DNA of 64,000 nucleotides from the human T2T-CHM13v2.0 reference genome, Homo sapiens, in the NCBI RefSeq assembly GCF_009914755.1, contig NC_060930.1, one strand, 5' to 3'. The notes beneath the pieces are model-generated. The model worked only from the letters and a program-made list of their open reading frames with translations, did no database searches and was not told the DNA's origin. This document shows, piece by piece, positions 38,268-52,721 of this stretch. Both the position numbers and the translations under genes were made by a program. The number at the start of each line of letters is the position of its first letter. Position 1 is the stretch's first letter.

Positions 38268-40533
38268 GAGGGAGACTTTTGAGATATTTGAATCTTACCT
38301 GGTTGGGAGACATAGTTTCTTAGATTAAAAAAAAAGACACTTAGTATTTTTATATACTTCTGTTAGTTAGCAAAGCATATTTTCTCTCATCAATTGGATC
38401 AGTATCCATTATTTATTAGTAATTGTGAGTTCTGGTGCCTTTTCAGGGGAATTATATATGGTTGTTGGACATGGAAAGAAACACAGAATATCATAAAATA
38501 TTTCTATTATAGAAGTCTGTTATTCTTTCTGGATGTGAGTGAAATACTCAATACTGAATTTTATTTGGTCAGAATGACTATGTGCATCAAATCTAGGCTT
38601 AAAGATTCTCAACACTATCAAAACTTTTAAATGTAAACAGTGCATTCAATCTAAGAGGATGTGTCTCCCACAAGGCAAGATTTAGTTGTCTATGTGCATA
38701 TGTGCTGGGGTTAGGCAGCAGAAGATACAGAAAGCTCTAAGATTAACTTTTTACATTTCCTTCGTTATTTTCAATGCTTTTTCTGAATTTCTACTTGACT
38801 TCATTAAAAATGAGTGATACTTCAGGTTATTGACATTTACCGAAATTAACTTTAAAATCTCTTTTATATCTTATATTTTTGTTGCTACAGAAAATATATT
38901 CAAATTATTCAATGACCTTTACTGAAAAGGAATATATTTTTGTACATGGTCATTTACTAAAGAGTTTTCCTTAGGTTTTATCAACCAACAATGCTAGCCC
39001 TTTGAATCGTGGAGGTCTTCTTTTTCTTTTCACCCATAACACACTGGCAGTGTCTATCACCTCTGGCAGGCAGCTTACGAAGTCAGAAGTATTTCCAGTC
39101 TACTCCTGGCCTCCAACTGCTATTTCTCTTCCGTTTCCATGGTAATGGAAATCAGATATATAAAATAATAATAATACAAAAGAAATGCTTTTACTTGAGA
39201 ATTTACCAAGCTTTTGTCAAGCTTTTGATTTTCTTTATTAAAATACAATGTTTATTTTCAAGTTAAGTGATCAAATATTTAGTAGTTGTTTCTAGAAACT
39301 TTATTTTTATTCCAGAATCCAAGTATTTAGGAGGGAATATAAGTCCTTTGAAAGGAAAAAAAAAAAGTGACTTTGACATAACTCAGCCTATAATCTGTGT
39401 TTGCCTTATGATACCCAAGACAGCCAAATAGTGTCCTACTGGCTCCCAGTGAGGCTCTAGCCCCAGAAAGAAGACATCATTTGCCTTGTTTGGGGTTGGT
39501 TTGGGGTTGGTAGGGGATGGAGTATTGTTTCTGGAACTGGCGGAGCTGCTGAATAAAATGAAAGAAAGAATCCAATTTCAATTCAAAATGTGTCCAGAGT
39601 ACAAAGTGATGCTTGAAACATCACAGTGACAATTTTGGAAGCAGATGAATTATGCCAGCTTGGTTCTGTAGAGCTGCTCATGTTATCCCTTCTCAGTAGT
39701 TAGAGCCTGTTGTCATGGGCTGCTATTCTTTTATCACACCTAAGCTCCCAAAGATGGATATCAGCTTTAATGTATGCTATCTCTTTTTTTTTAACTATCA
39801 CTTCTGAGAATTAATTACTTCATTTTGTTTCCTTCATGCTATGTTACATCAAACATCTTCCATTCTTCTAGAATAATTCATGACTTTGCTACTTTGGGCA
39901 AGTAGACAGAGATGTTTTAAAACCAATTCTGTATTCTGTGAATAGTATCATTGCCTCACTAAAATCTGTGATGATGGTCACAAACTGATATGGAGCCACA
40001 GCTCAAAAATAAGACGCTGGTTACAGTTATCTTCTTGTTTTTTTCTCTTTCAGTGGAAAAAAATCTACTTTTTACATTTTTATAGAATAAACAGAGCTAT
40101 AACGTGGTTTTTTGTCCATTTGCATAGTTTATTTGAAATGCTACATACACAGATATATGTTTTATTGACTTCGTATTTATTACAACCCTCTAAACCTCAC
40201 ACATAACGCATCCCACGGAGACATGTCTTTGAAACAGGAATACATTATGTAACAGGTCTACACTCCTCTCTGGCTCCCATGATCAGAGCAACATTAAAGT
40301 AACTTAGGCATTTTTCATTACATTTTATTTAAGTTCAATTCATATCTATTGAGGTATTTTTCCCGTTTTCTGATATTTTCTGGCACTTAGAGATCCCATG
40401 ACTGCAGAAAAGAATACACAAGTGAAAGCAGAATGGTGAAGAGCATGAGATGTGAACTTCTTGAACTCAAGTTCTAACACCCTCACTTCTTTGCTGTGAA
40501 AAATTGGTGAGGTTGTTAATAAATCTCACTAGC

Positions 40534-40861
<328 letters not shown>

Positions 40862-41887
40862 CTATCAAATGGGAACAATAGTTATAAATAGTTAAATAAT
40901 GTGATTGATGTGAAGGTTAAATATATCTGGTGCACAATAAACATGGAAACATGTTTTAAAATTATATAAATTAAAAAGGTAACAAAAATGAAAGAAAGTA
41001 GAATAACCATTTAAGTACTGTCCAATTGCAATTATTTTTTACAGTAAAAAAGGGTGCTGAAATAAGAAAAATATTTAATATTTGAAATATGTACTTGATA
41101 AATTGTTATACTGTTTTGATTGATAAATGTTCTATTATTTTGATGAGTGTATAAAATAGTTCAACTCAAAAATTACTTTGAAAATCATAAAAATTAAAAG
41201 TATAATTATATATAGTAAAATTAATTTTAAAATTTGCATTGATTTTAAAATAACATAAATACAATAATGATGTTTGGCACATAATCATACATTTAATCAG
41301 ATCAGCGTCATTGTTTCTGTCCATACCAAGGTATCTTGCAGTCCACCGCTCAGGCTTGAGCACCAACTAATACAATGAGTAGCATTGGACAGCAGCACAA
41401 CCCCAAACCACAAGGAATTAGCTGTCTCTGATAACTTTAGTCCTAGTGTGCTTGATCATATCGCCATATTCCCTGCATGATATTCTTAAAATTTTTTGAA
41501 GGGAAAATGTTAGTTATACTGTTAGAAAGGGTTGAGAGAGATATTATATCTCTAATTATCTTTCAAATTTAACCACGTGTGTCTCCTACTGCTAGCTGAG
41601 TTTATGTGGAACTTCAATGTACGATTGACCCTTGAACAATGTGGGGATTAGGGGTTCTGACAACCTGCTCAGTCAAAAATTTGTATACAACCTTTGAGTA
41701 TCCAAAAGCTTAAGCTGACTGAGTAGCCTATAGCTTACTGTAGACCAGAAACCTTACCAATGACATAGCCAGTCAATTAACATACATTTTTAAGCTTTAT
41801 GTGTTATATGTTGTATTCTTAAAATAAACTTAGCTAGATAAAAGAAGATGTTACTAAGAAAATCATAAGGAAGAATAATATATTTAC

Positions 41888-44003
41888 TATGTATTAAGTG
41901 GAAATGGATCATCATAGAGGCCTTTGTCTTCACATTGAATAACAGCCTGAGAAAAGAAAGATGAGGAGGATGATGGTGGACAAAAAACTAAACACCACAT
42001 GTTCTCACTCATAGGTGGGAATTGAACAATGAGAACACATGGACACAGGAAGGGGAACATCACACACCAGGACCTGTTGTGGGGTGGGGGGAGGAGGGAG
42101 GGACAGCATTAGAAGATATACCTAATATAAATGACGAGTTAATGGGTGCAGCACACCAACATGGCACATGTATACATATATAACAAAGCTGCACGTTGTG
42201 CACATGTACCCTAAAACTTAAAGTATAAAAAAAAAAAAAGATGAGGAGGGATTGTTCTTGCTGTCTCAAGGATAGCAGAGGGTGAAGAGGTAGAGGAGGT
42301 GGAAGGGTAGGCTGGAGAGGAAGGCACATTTGCTGTAACCTTACAAAAATATATCGTTATTTCTGCCTTTTTGCTTTTTTTGTTGCTCTAAAAATATTTC
42401 TATATAGTACCTATCCTTCTTCCACTATTTGCTTTAGTTTTATTGCCCAATCACAGAAGGATCCATTTTGTAGAAGAAGTAAAAAAAAAAAAGCAATCTT
42501 GAGTAATCTGAATCTTTCTGCCAGATTGTCTAATGTCATTTCTTTTCTGTTTCTGGCACTGCTGCTTCCACATCTTCTGCCTCATCATCTGGCACTGGTT
42601 TGGAAGCACTCATCTCTACCATGATGTGGTCTGTTAATTCCTCTGCTGTGCTGTCTATTTGCTCTTGAATTTCTCCAAAATCTGTATCTTGACACTTCAT
42701 CTCCCACATTTTTTTTTGCCATATCCACAATCTTTTTCATGATCTCCTTGATTGGCTCTGTCATAAATCCTTTGAAATTATGTGTAACATCTGGACAGAG
42801 TTTTCTCCAACAGAAATTGTTGTTTGTAGCTTGATGACTTTAATGGCTTTTTCTATAAAAATGATGGGATTTTCAATAATTTAGTCTTTCCAGACTTTCA
42901 TGATGTTCTATGAGGGTGCGCTTCCATAGCATTGGCAATCTTTTTCATAGAGTACCTTTTAATGAAACTTATAGATCCTTATGACCCCTGATCTAGAGGT
43001 TGAGTTAGAGATGTTGCGTTTCAGTACAAGACAACTACCCCTTTCGCGTTGAATTCACTGAGCTCTGGGTGGCCAAGGACATTGTCCCATATAAAAAGAA
43101 CTTTAAAAGACAATGCCTTCCCAACATGGTTCTTCCTGACTTCAGGGACAAAGCATCAATGGAACCATTCTAGAAAAAGGATTCTTGTTGTACATGCCTT
43201 TCTGTTGTATAACCAAAAGACTGGCAGCTGGTGTTTATTCTTTCCCTTCAAGGCTCAGAGTTTAGCAGATTTATAGATAAGGGCAGTCCTAATAATAAAC
43301 CCAATTGTATCTGTGCAGAACAGAAAAGATGGCCTCTCCCTTAATTTCTGGTGTTTGCTTATCTGTCTTACTCATAAATGTCCTTTGTGACATTGTTTTC
43401 CAGAATCAGGCACTTTCATCTGCATTAAAAATCTGTTCAGGCAGATAGTCTTTCACCTCAATGATTTTTTTAATGGCATCTGGGAACCTTCCCCTTTGTA
43501 TACAGAAACTGTTATCTTGACATTTTTAAAGTCAAACTTCTTTCTAAAATTATCAAACTATCCTTTGCTGGAATTAATTTCTTCAACTTTAGATCTTTCA
43601 CCTTACTTTTGTTTTAAGTTCTCATATAATGAATTTGTTTTTTCCAAAATCATATTAGTGCCTATAGGTATGTCTTTCTTATAGCAATCTATACCCGCAT
43701 AAGCTGCATTTTAACATGAGATTAAAAGATATCCCAAAAACAGTGCAATGTCATGCCTGCTGGCATAGCTGCAGTGACGACTTGATGAGTTTCCTTTTTT
43801 TTGGTTTTTGGGTTTTTTTTGTTTTTGTTTTTAACAATGGTTCTTATGTTGGATTCATTTATCTTGAAATGGTAGGCAACCACAGCTAGAGACTTCAATC
43901 TAAGGTGCATGTCAAGCAATTCAACTTTTTCTTGTAATGTGATGACTTTTCTCAGCTTGGGAGCACTCCCAGCGTCACCAGTGCCATTTTGTTTGGGTTG
44001 CAT
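41888..44003 (-). pseudogene. Decayed Tigger2 transposase (CENP-B/pogo family)
   Basis: N-terminal HTH-type segment DAGSAPKLRKVITLQEKVELLDMHLRLKSLAVVAYHFKINESNIRTIVK (43722-44003) and acidic C-terminal segment QDTDFGEIQEQIDSTAEELT..MVEMSASKPVPDDEAEDVEAAVPE (42536-42730); broken by stops, frameshifts and an L1. Confidence 0.88.
41970..42236 (+). mobile_element. 5'-truncated LINE-1 3' end (L1PA5-like) nested in Tigger2
   Basis: L1 3'UTR from 41978 with poly(A); 13-bp TSD AAAGATGAGGAGG (41957-41969, 42237-42249); 8 extra nt at the 5' junction. Confidence 0.93.
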
Positions 44004-46049
44004 GGTATTATTAAATGCTTAAGATGTTACACTAAATATCATAAAAAATAAGCAAGAGCGCAAGATACTTTTTACTGTGATATGCAATTTACTAGAGAGA
44101 TGAACTGCTGCTCATGAAGAAATGATTAGCGCCAGACTTGCAATATTTGTGCTTACCGCAATAGTAACAGGAGGTGACTACAAAATTATTACATTAGCAT
44201 AGTGTGTATTACAGTTAATTTTATGCAGTTTTGATTTAACATTGCATCTTTAGGTTTTTTACTTTTCTCTTGACTGTGAATAATATCAGATATTACCTGT
44301 AACTGTGCACATAAGTTTTTATAAATTTTAACTTTATAATACATTTTTGTATATTTTATGCAGCAAATGATAAAAATAGACTAGTATCTGCATATATTTT
44401 ATGCATTCATGGCATCCTAACTTTTTCTTTTATACATATATATTTCTAGCCTACCCAGTTTGTCTGTAAAGTTTTTTCAAATAGTAACAAACCATCAAAG
44501 AAGGTCCATAAAATTGGACCTGCACAATTCAAGCACGTTGTTCAAGTGTCAACTGTAAGTGCTTTTATGCAACTTTTAGCTTTTATGCTTTGTTAAGAAA
44601 TTAACAATTTTGGCAAATGCTAAACCAGTCAAGACACTGGGACAACAATTTTGCTAGCTCTGTTCCAGGAAATTTCTGTTATCACCTAGGAATATGACAC
44701 TGAAAAACTGTTAGCGTCATTGTTTTGACTTTTTAAATTTAAGTTACTGCAGAATCAACAATGTCATAATATTACCTAGTTTTAAAAGTCCCTGACAATC
44801 AACTTGTTTCTGTGTTGGGATGACAATATACAATCCATTGTATATTTTTCCCTAACTACTCACATGATTACATACACTTTCTACATGAAAACAAATGTAA
44901 GAACAAATATAGAATTAAAATATAACATTATTTTTCATCATGAAGAACATTATAATAAACTGGCCTTTATCTAACAGGTGGTAATTAGATGTTAAATACA
45001 ATAATTAACCTAATCCAGGATGAACCTAGGAGCATTTAGACATTACCTTGCTGTCAAGAGTTAGTATCAATGTTTCTGAAGAAGAGTAAATTCTCTCTGT
45101 TGTTATTACTCTCTCTTTATCTGAATTTCAGTTTTGAGTTAGTTTTATGAATATTTCCTTTTTCTATCCCTTTGCCTTAAAACTATCCATAATTTTTGTA
45201 TTAATTAGGTAAATGGTAGGCAAATTGGCCTTTTGAATAATTCATTATAAAGACTATAGGTAGACAACATAAAATAAAATTGGTAACATTTACTATTGAA
45301 TAATATTAATGATAAAAATAAAATCTCAATGCCAGGTTTAGTGAACTAAAACTGGGCTTGGAAAAATGGGAGTCTGTAGACAAAAATACGGAAAAGCAAC
45401 TCATACCCATACTGTTATACTCACTGGGCCAATAATCAGTATAATTTAATGCATAACAAAGGCTGATTAATAATTTAAAGTTCATCTGAAAATAAGTGAA
45501 AAAATAATTTACTCTGATTCAAAAAAACTTAGAAAATTAAAAAGGAAATTTAAAAATTCCAAAATTATTTATCTTTATTTTATTAATTCAGTAATTAAAT
45601 TGGCTTTAGGGTTGTCCAGCCAATTATTTCTGAAAACAAGTACATCATTATTTGTATAATTCTAATTAATTGCTTGTAATAAAAATTTATTGATGTCAAA
45701 ATAGCAGGATAAATGTGGTCAAATTGAAATTGCCTCTATAGTTTTAGAAGATCATGTCTTTAGAGAATCATCTAGGAAAGACCTTCTCAAATATACTGTT
45801 TTTCCAAGAGAATAAAACCATTTTTACAAATGCTTTAGTTACTAACTTACCAACATTAAACCCCAGGATAGAAGATGCAAGAAAGCAGGACTCCGGAAGC
45901 AATGGAACGAGCCCAGGGATATAATTGAATATAGAGATTCCTGGGGCCTTGTTTTGAAAAGACTTGAAATATACATAGGAAGAAAGGCACAAAAATAAAT
46001 GTTCATTTGTCTCTGCATAAAAAACCCAAACAACAACAATAACAACAAA

Positions 46050-47295
46050 TTTTAAAAGTTTTTATTTTTATTTGAAAGAGCTCAAGTACAAAACATTATA
46101 AATATGTATGTATTTGTGTGTATACATGTGTGTACATATATATATGATTATATACACATTATGAAGCAGAAAAGTAATATTGCAAACAGTAATGTCTACC
46201 CCACAATGTAAGATATTGAGTATGATCTTCAAATCCTGTACTCTCCTCAGTGACTACACGGACCTTTCTTACAACTCCATTCTCAGTCTTTGGTTAAATG
46301 TGTTTCTCATCATCATCTTATCATGTCTGGTATGTATTAGCATATAATTTAGGTCTATCTGCTTTTTTAAGATTGTAAAAGTACAATAATGATTTCTTTA
46401 TTCTCCTTTCACTTGATTTTTAATCTAAACATTGTCTTCTGAGATTTGTTCGTGTTTATTGGAGTACTTTATTTTCACTCTTGCATACTTTAATTTTGTA
46501 TAAGAATCTGCCAATTTTTTATACATTCTATTGAGAATGGGTTATTTGTGTGGTTTCTATTTTTTCCCTATTATAGATAGTACTTCCATGTACAGTCTTG
46601 GATAAATCTCCAGAAGCAAGTATGCAAAAGTATCTCTAGGCTATAAACTAAGTAATGGATTATTGAGTTCACGGTATGAACATTTTTCATTCTAATCTAT
46701 AATGCCAATCCTTTGTCAAAGTAATATTCAACTGTTTGTGAATATTTGGCTGCTTCATATCTCGTTGATGACTGATATTATTAGACTTCTTTAATCTTGC
46801 CAGTCTGGGAAGATGAAAAATAAGTCATTGTGGTTTTAATGTGTAGTTCCATGATTACGAATGAGTTCAAATACATATTTATACTTATTGGACACTCCTG
46901 TTTTCATTCAATTGCTTGTTTTGTTCGTATTCCTTTATAGGAGACCTTTATAAATTCTAGATATTAATCCATTGTCAACAATATTGTAAAGGTGACTATC
47001 TTTTGCAAAGTGTGTTCCAAGTGAAAATTTTCCTTCTAATACCCACAAGAATTACTCATGAATAGTAGTTATGTTCTTATGTTCAATGTAATAAAATGTA
47101 TTCTTATTTTAAAAATAGATTTTCTATTTTATATATCTTACTTAAATACCTTTTCTACCATGAGGTCAAAAAAATTATTTACAGTATTTTCTTCTAACAT
47201 TCCATAAGTTTCCTTTTATATTGAATTTTTTATCTTTATGAAATAGATAGTACCCTATGGTATAGGATAGAAATAGGCAGATATATGACAGATAG

Positions 47296-47350
<55 letters not shown>

Positions 47351-47430
47351 CATATATCCTCATGGAAAAAATATTGCTCATTGATTTCTCTTTTATCTAA
47401 AATGATGGTTCTGTCATGTATCTATCAGGG
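46050..47430 (-). mobile_element. Old L1M (L1ME-type) 3' region
   Basis: TTCTGAGATTTGTTCGTGT, CTCTAGGCTATAAACTAAGTAATGGATT, TCATTGTGGTTTTAATGTG, ATTCTAGATATTAATCC. Confidence 0.7.
47298..47340. repeat. (CA)n microsatellite, about 21 units
   Basis: Uninterrupted ACAC run followed by (TA)n. Confidence 0.95.
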
Positions 47431-47618
47431 TACCTATATTTTTACGCATAAATAATAGAACCTAAATAAAGCACTGGAAAGGTTATTTTTATTTTTATTT
47501 TTATTTTTCAAGGTTCTTTCAAAGAAATACTACTAAAATAAATCTATTAAAATATACAGACCCTTTGTTTTCATTTAATGTGTGATCTAAACATTTTCTC
47601 ACGTTTTTACTCAATCTT

Positions 47619-47638
47619 CCTTCCTTCCTTTCCTTCCT

Positions 47639-47682
<44 letters not shown>

Positions 47683-47851
47683 TTCTTTCTTTCTTTCTCT
47701 CTCTCTCTCCCCCTCCCTCCCTCCCTCCCTCCCTCCCTCTCTCTCTCTCTCTCTCTTTCTCTCTTTCTCTTTCTCTCTTTCTCTTCTCTCTTTCTCTCTT
47801 TCTCTCTTTCTCTCTTTCTCTCTTTCTTTCTTTCTTTCTTTCTTTCTTCCC
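47619..47851. repeat. Compound pyrimidine microsatellite (TTCC/TTTC/TC/TCCC) derived from an Alu tail
   Basis: About 230 nt of pure C/T on the + strand, lying between the Alu body and its TSD. Confidence 0.92.
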
Positions 47852-48577
<726 letters not shown>

Positions 48578-50604
48578 TACAGTTTTAGCATTATTTTAGA
48601 TGTTTTTAAGCACTTTAATGTAATAGATACCGCTACATAGACTGCACCAGAGTAGAGATGTATTTCAGATCTTTGAATTACTTTTTATAATAAATCCCCA
48701 GGAAAAAGTTTAGTAAATCAAGGGGATAAGCATCTTTACAGTTTTCAGGAAAAAAAATGTTTTGCCATATTGTTTTCCCAAATAATTATATCATTATACA
48801 TATGTTAGCAATACTGGAGCATATCAATTGCACAAATAAAATTCAGAGGCTTTGTTATAGCTCTATTTTAATATTAAAATGAGACTGGTATGGTGGTACC
48901 TCATGAATACTTTGATTTTCAATTTAGTACCATATTCCTTATGTTCAGTTGTTCTTTAATTACATAGACTCTAATTTTGTGACTCTTAGCCAAAGAAAAT
49001 TATATTTGACTCAAATAATTAATTCTGTGTATGTCCATTTGATCAGTCATAAGAATATGTCTGCAATTTACTTGTCAACAAAGTATATACCCTTATATAT
49101 ACAAAAACAAATTCAAGGAAATAAGTTTACCCAATCCTACCTAATGGCAGAAAAACATAAGAAGACAAAGGCTATATTTTAAAGCACGTATACATGTAAA
49201 AAAGTAATTGTACTTACATACACTATAGATATGTATCTATGTATGCCTGTGTCATATACACACATATTCACACATACAAATAAACCATTAATAACTAAAA
49301 TCTATAGAAATTGATGGCTTCAGTGCACTATTTTAGAAGAGAATCTTGAACCTTACATACAAACATAAAACACCTTACATACAAACATACAATATTTGAA
49401 ACTAATAGCCAATTGATTACTTCAATAGACGTTTGGCCTCTTTTTGGTACTTAAGAGACATTTTCTGAAATATAGCTTTTAAGCTTTCAATTTGTAGGTT
49501 TCTGAATTAGGACACATGAATCACAAAGAGCCAAATTACTGCAAAGCAGTGGCATTTACATTTATTTCCACTCACCTTATTTCTCCTGGGAGCAAAATAA
49601 GCTGCTGCTATTTGCTCAGAATTGGTGGCCATGATCAGAATGACTGTCAGAGAGCCCCTGTCTCTCTCACTAATTTCAAGCTCTATTGAACAGTGCTGCT
49701 CTGACAGAACCAGTGTGCAACATTTATTAGCATCCCTGGCACAACTTGGGGAAAATCTTAAACAAACTTGTGGATGTTGCTAATCATAGGGAAAATACTA
49801 GCAATTTTTCCTTTCTTTCTTTCTTTTTTTTAATTTTTGCCTGTTTGGGGTTTGTTTAATAAACATCACCATGGTAGAGTGTATTGCTATAAATAATATC
49901 AACAACCAACAGGTATTATAAAACAAAATACAGATGGAATATTATTCCATAAATAGAAGAAATAAGCTAACAGAAATCATGCACCACTAAACTTGCCTAA
50001 GAGACAAGAAATGTTCTTTCCCAAGCTATTTTCACAATCTTCCCTTTGAGATATCTTTCATGTACTCATTTATTCCAATACAGAAAAAAAGTCTAAATGC
50101 AATATTGCCACTTCCTCACCTGGAATTCCCTCTTTAGTTTTGTGTAATCATCTGGTCTATAAATCTCTACCTGTACTAATGTGGTTTTTATGAGTTTACC
50201 AATGACTTCCTAGGTACTATATTCAAATGACATTTCTGTCCATTTTGCCTTTAACTTTTTCCCTAATGTGTATTTTTTTTACTATGCTATTCCTGAAATA
50301 TATGTATACTTTGCCTAATGTCACTTTTTGTGTGGCTTTTCCTTCTCAGATTCTATGAGTTTCTCTTCAGTCCACTGGGTAAATTAAAAAATTCATAGGT
50401 TTCTTTCTTGTAGCTCTTTTTCTTCTTGGACTTTATATTATCCTCCTAGTAATCTCACCTCTCCTTATGGGTTTAACTACCACCTGGATTAACTCACATG
50501 TGTTTATTTGTCCTGTATTGCCCATTTGACAGCATAAGCTATAGTTTTACTTGCTGTTTAACCTCTCCACCTATACACTAACAGATATCTCAAACTCAAT
50601 ATGT

Positions 50605-51190
50605 TTTGGAAATCTGTTTGACATATATACAAAACCTGAACAAAGGCATACTCTCTGACTCAGAATTCCATAACCCTGTCCAGCCTCCATGGAAATGTAT
50701 GCAAATGGACACCAAAAGCCATATATGAGACTGTTCATAGTATCATTATTAATAATTACTCCTAACTGATAAATCCCAGACAACAATAGAATAAATACAT
50801 AAATTGAGGTTAATTAATAAAATGGAATACTGCACAACATTTCAAACCATTGCTCAGCATAACAATATCAATTAATCTTGCAAACCAAATTCTGAGTGAA
50901 ATGAAGCTAGAATAAAAATGTGCATGCTATATTATTTTATTTACAGAAAGTTCAAAAATAGAAAAAACTAATCTTTTATATTAGTGGACAGGACTTTTTT
51001 TATCTTTGAGGAAAAATGTGGGTGGTTGGGAGAATAACCAGTTTTTGTTTTTATTGTATGGCTAGCAATGTTCACCGTTCTTTGTCTTGATGTGGGTCCT
51101 GGTTCCGTGCACACCCATGTGGTGAAAACTGATCAAGCTATACAATTATGAATTCTGCACTCCTTTATCAGTTATAGTTCATGAAATTAT
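50605..51190 (+). mobile_element. L1ME-type 3' fragment inserted in an L2 relic (about 50050-51600)
   Basis: CACCAAAAG..TGTTCATAG, ATAAATTG..AATGGAATACT, AGAAAGTTCAAAAATAG; L2 text ATCTCAAACTCAATATGT immediately to the left. Confidence 0.65.
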
Positions 51191-52721
51191 TTACTAACAC
51201 CACTTTGCAAATGATAATAAATTACCTCTTGATGCTAGCACATGAATAATTTTGGAAGTATATTTTATCATGACAATATCCTGCATAGAATCCTTCCATT
51301 TTTCCATTGACCGTAGGTTGAAACACAAATTTCTGAGTATAGAATAAAAGATCTTTCATAATCTAGTTTCTGCCTAGATCTAGCCTCATCTTTTCCTCTA
51401 TTTTGTCACATGAAATCATTTTTATAATATTATTTCTTTACTATTAATTTTCCTTTATTGTTTTAAATTCCTTGTTAATTTTTATGTTTAAATACTCAAA
51501 TTTAATTCTATGTAGCCTATCTTGATTTTATGAGGCAGTGAAGAATTTTCTCCTATATAATCTTACATCATTCTTTGTGCACCTTTCTTGTAGCATCCAT
51601 TCCAGTCTTTTTTATATAGAAGTAATAGGGAATTAGATAGCAGTCAGACAATGGAGGGCAAAATTTTGATATATTTAAAAATATACCTCAAAAAATCGGA
51701 AACAATATTTTCAAGATTTTACTGACTACATTATTTATTACCTATTTCAAAATTGGGAAAAAATAATGCAAGCTCTCAAGACATTGGTGTAAATATTGAT
51801 TCAAGGTTTTCTGATACTGTGAATCATTCACCTGCAATTTAAAGTTTTTATCTATAGCCTGAAGTATAAATTGAGTAGTACAAACAAAACAAAAGGTGCA
51901 ATAAAATGCACCCAAGTAACTATCCAGAAGCACATTGAATATGGTAATAAGCATATATTCTGAAGTATAATTATATATATATATGTATACATCATGTGTA
52001 TCTAAAAATATAAACATAGTCTCATAAAATTATCCAATTATATTTTTCCACTACAATTAATCTCTAGGTTTACTTCTGTGTAGATTATAAACACTTTATT
52101 AAACACAGTGCAAAGCAAAGGAGAAGTTTTTCAATTTTTCTCATGGAATTAAAGAAAAATGTTCACATATAATTATTATTTATATTATTCTCTTTGTTTT
52201 AGCAATCAATTCTGTGACTTTAGAGTACCTTAAACAGGCACATTAATTTATTTTTGCAAAATGTATTCAAGTGTTTCAATTTGTCTTATAGGTAGATTCA
52301 ATCCTTGTTCTGCCACTTTCTCACATGTGTCATTGAGGAAAACATATGTAATCTATAAAATTGAAATCACAATGTCTATCTCAGAACTGCTCTGAGATTT
52401 AGAGATAAATATTTAAAATATGTAATACTATGCAAACTGGAAAATCTATAAGTGCTATCTATTATGATTTCTAGTAAAATGAATGAAGTTGACTAGATTG
52501 AGTTATAAAATTTAATGAAGCTGCTAAATTTGGAATTCAACTATAACAATTATTTAGCTACTAATAATTAGCATTTGTATAGTAGACTCTAATCCTCTTT
52601 ATTGACACACTAACTTCTATTTTTTCTCACTGATATTTCTCACTGATACTTTCTCACTGTTACTGAATTTCTTGCTTGCAGTTTTATATGTTCCAAGAAC
52701 TTGCCTCAAAATATAGGTTAC

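Larger units (their letters stand above)
41622..44555 (-). mobile_element. Near full-length Tigger2 (TcMar/pogo) DNA transposon
   Basis: Terminal inverted repeats CGATTGACCCTTGAACAA (41622) and TTGTTCAAGTGTCAACTG (44555), TA duplication at both ends, transposase remnants inside; about 2.65 kb after removing the nested L1. Confidence 0.92.

Noticed and set aside
39492-39520. GGGGTTGG repeat, possible G-quadruplex
   Set aside because: Only three runs of three or more G, so at best a weak two-tier structure; no other support.
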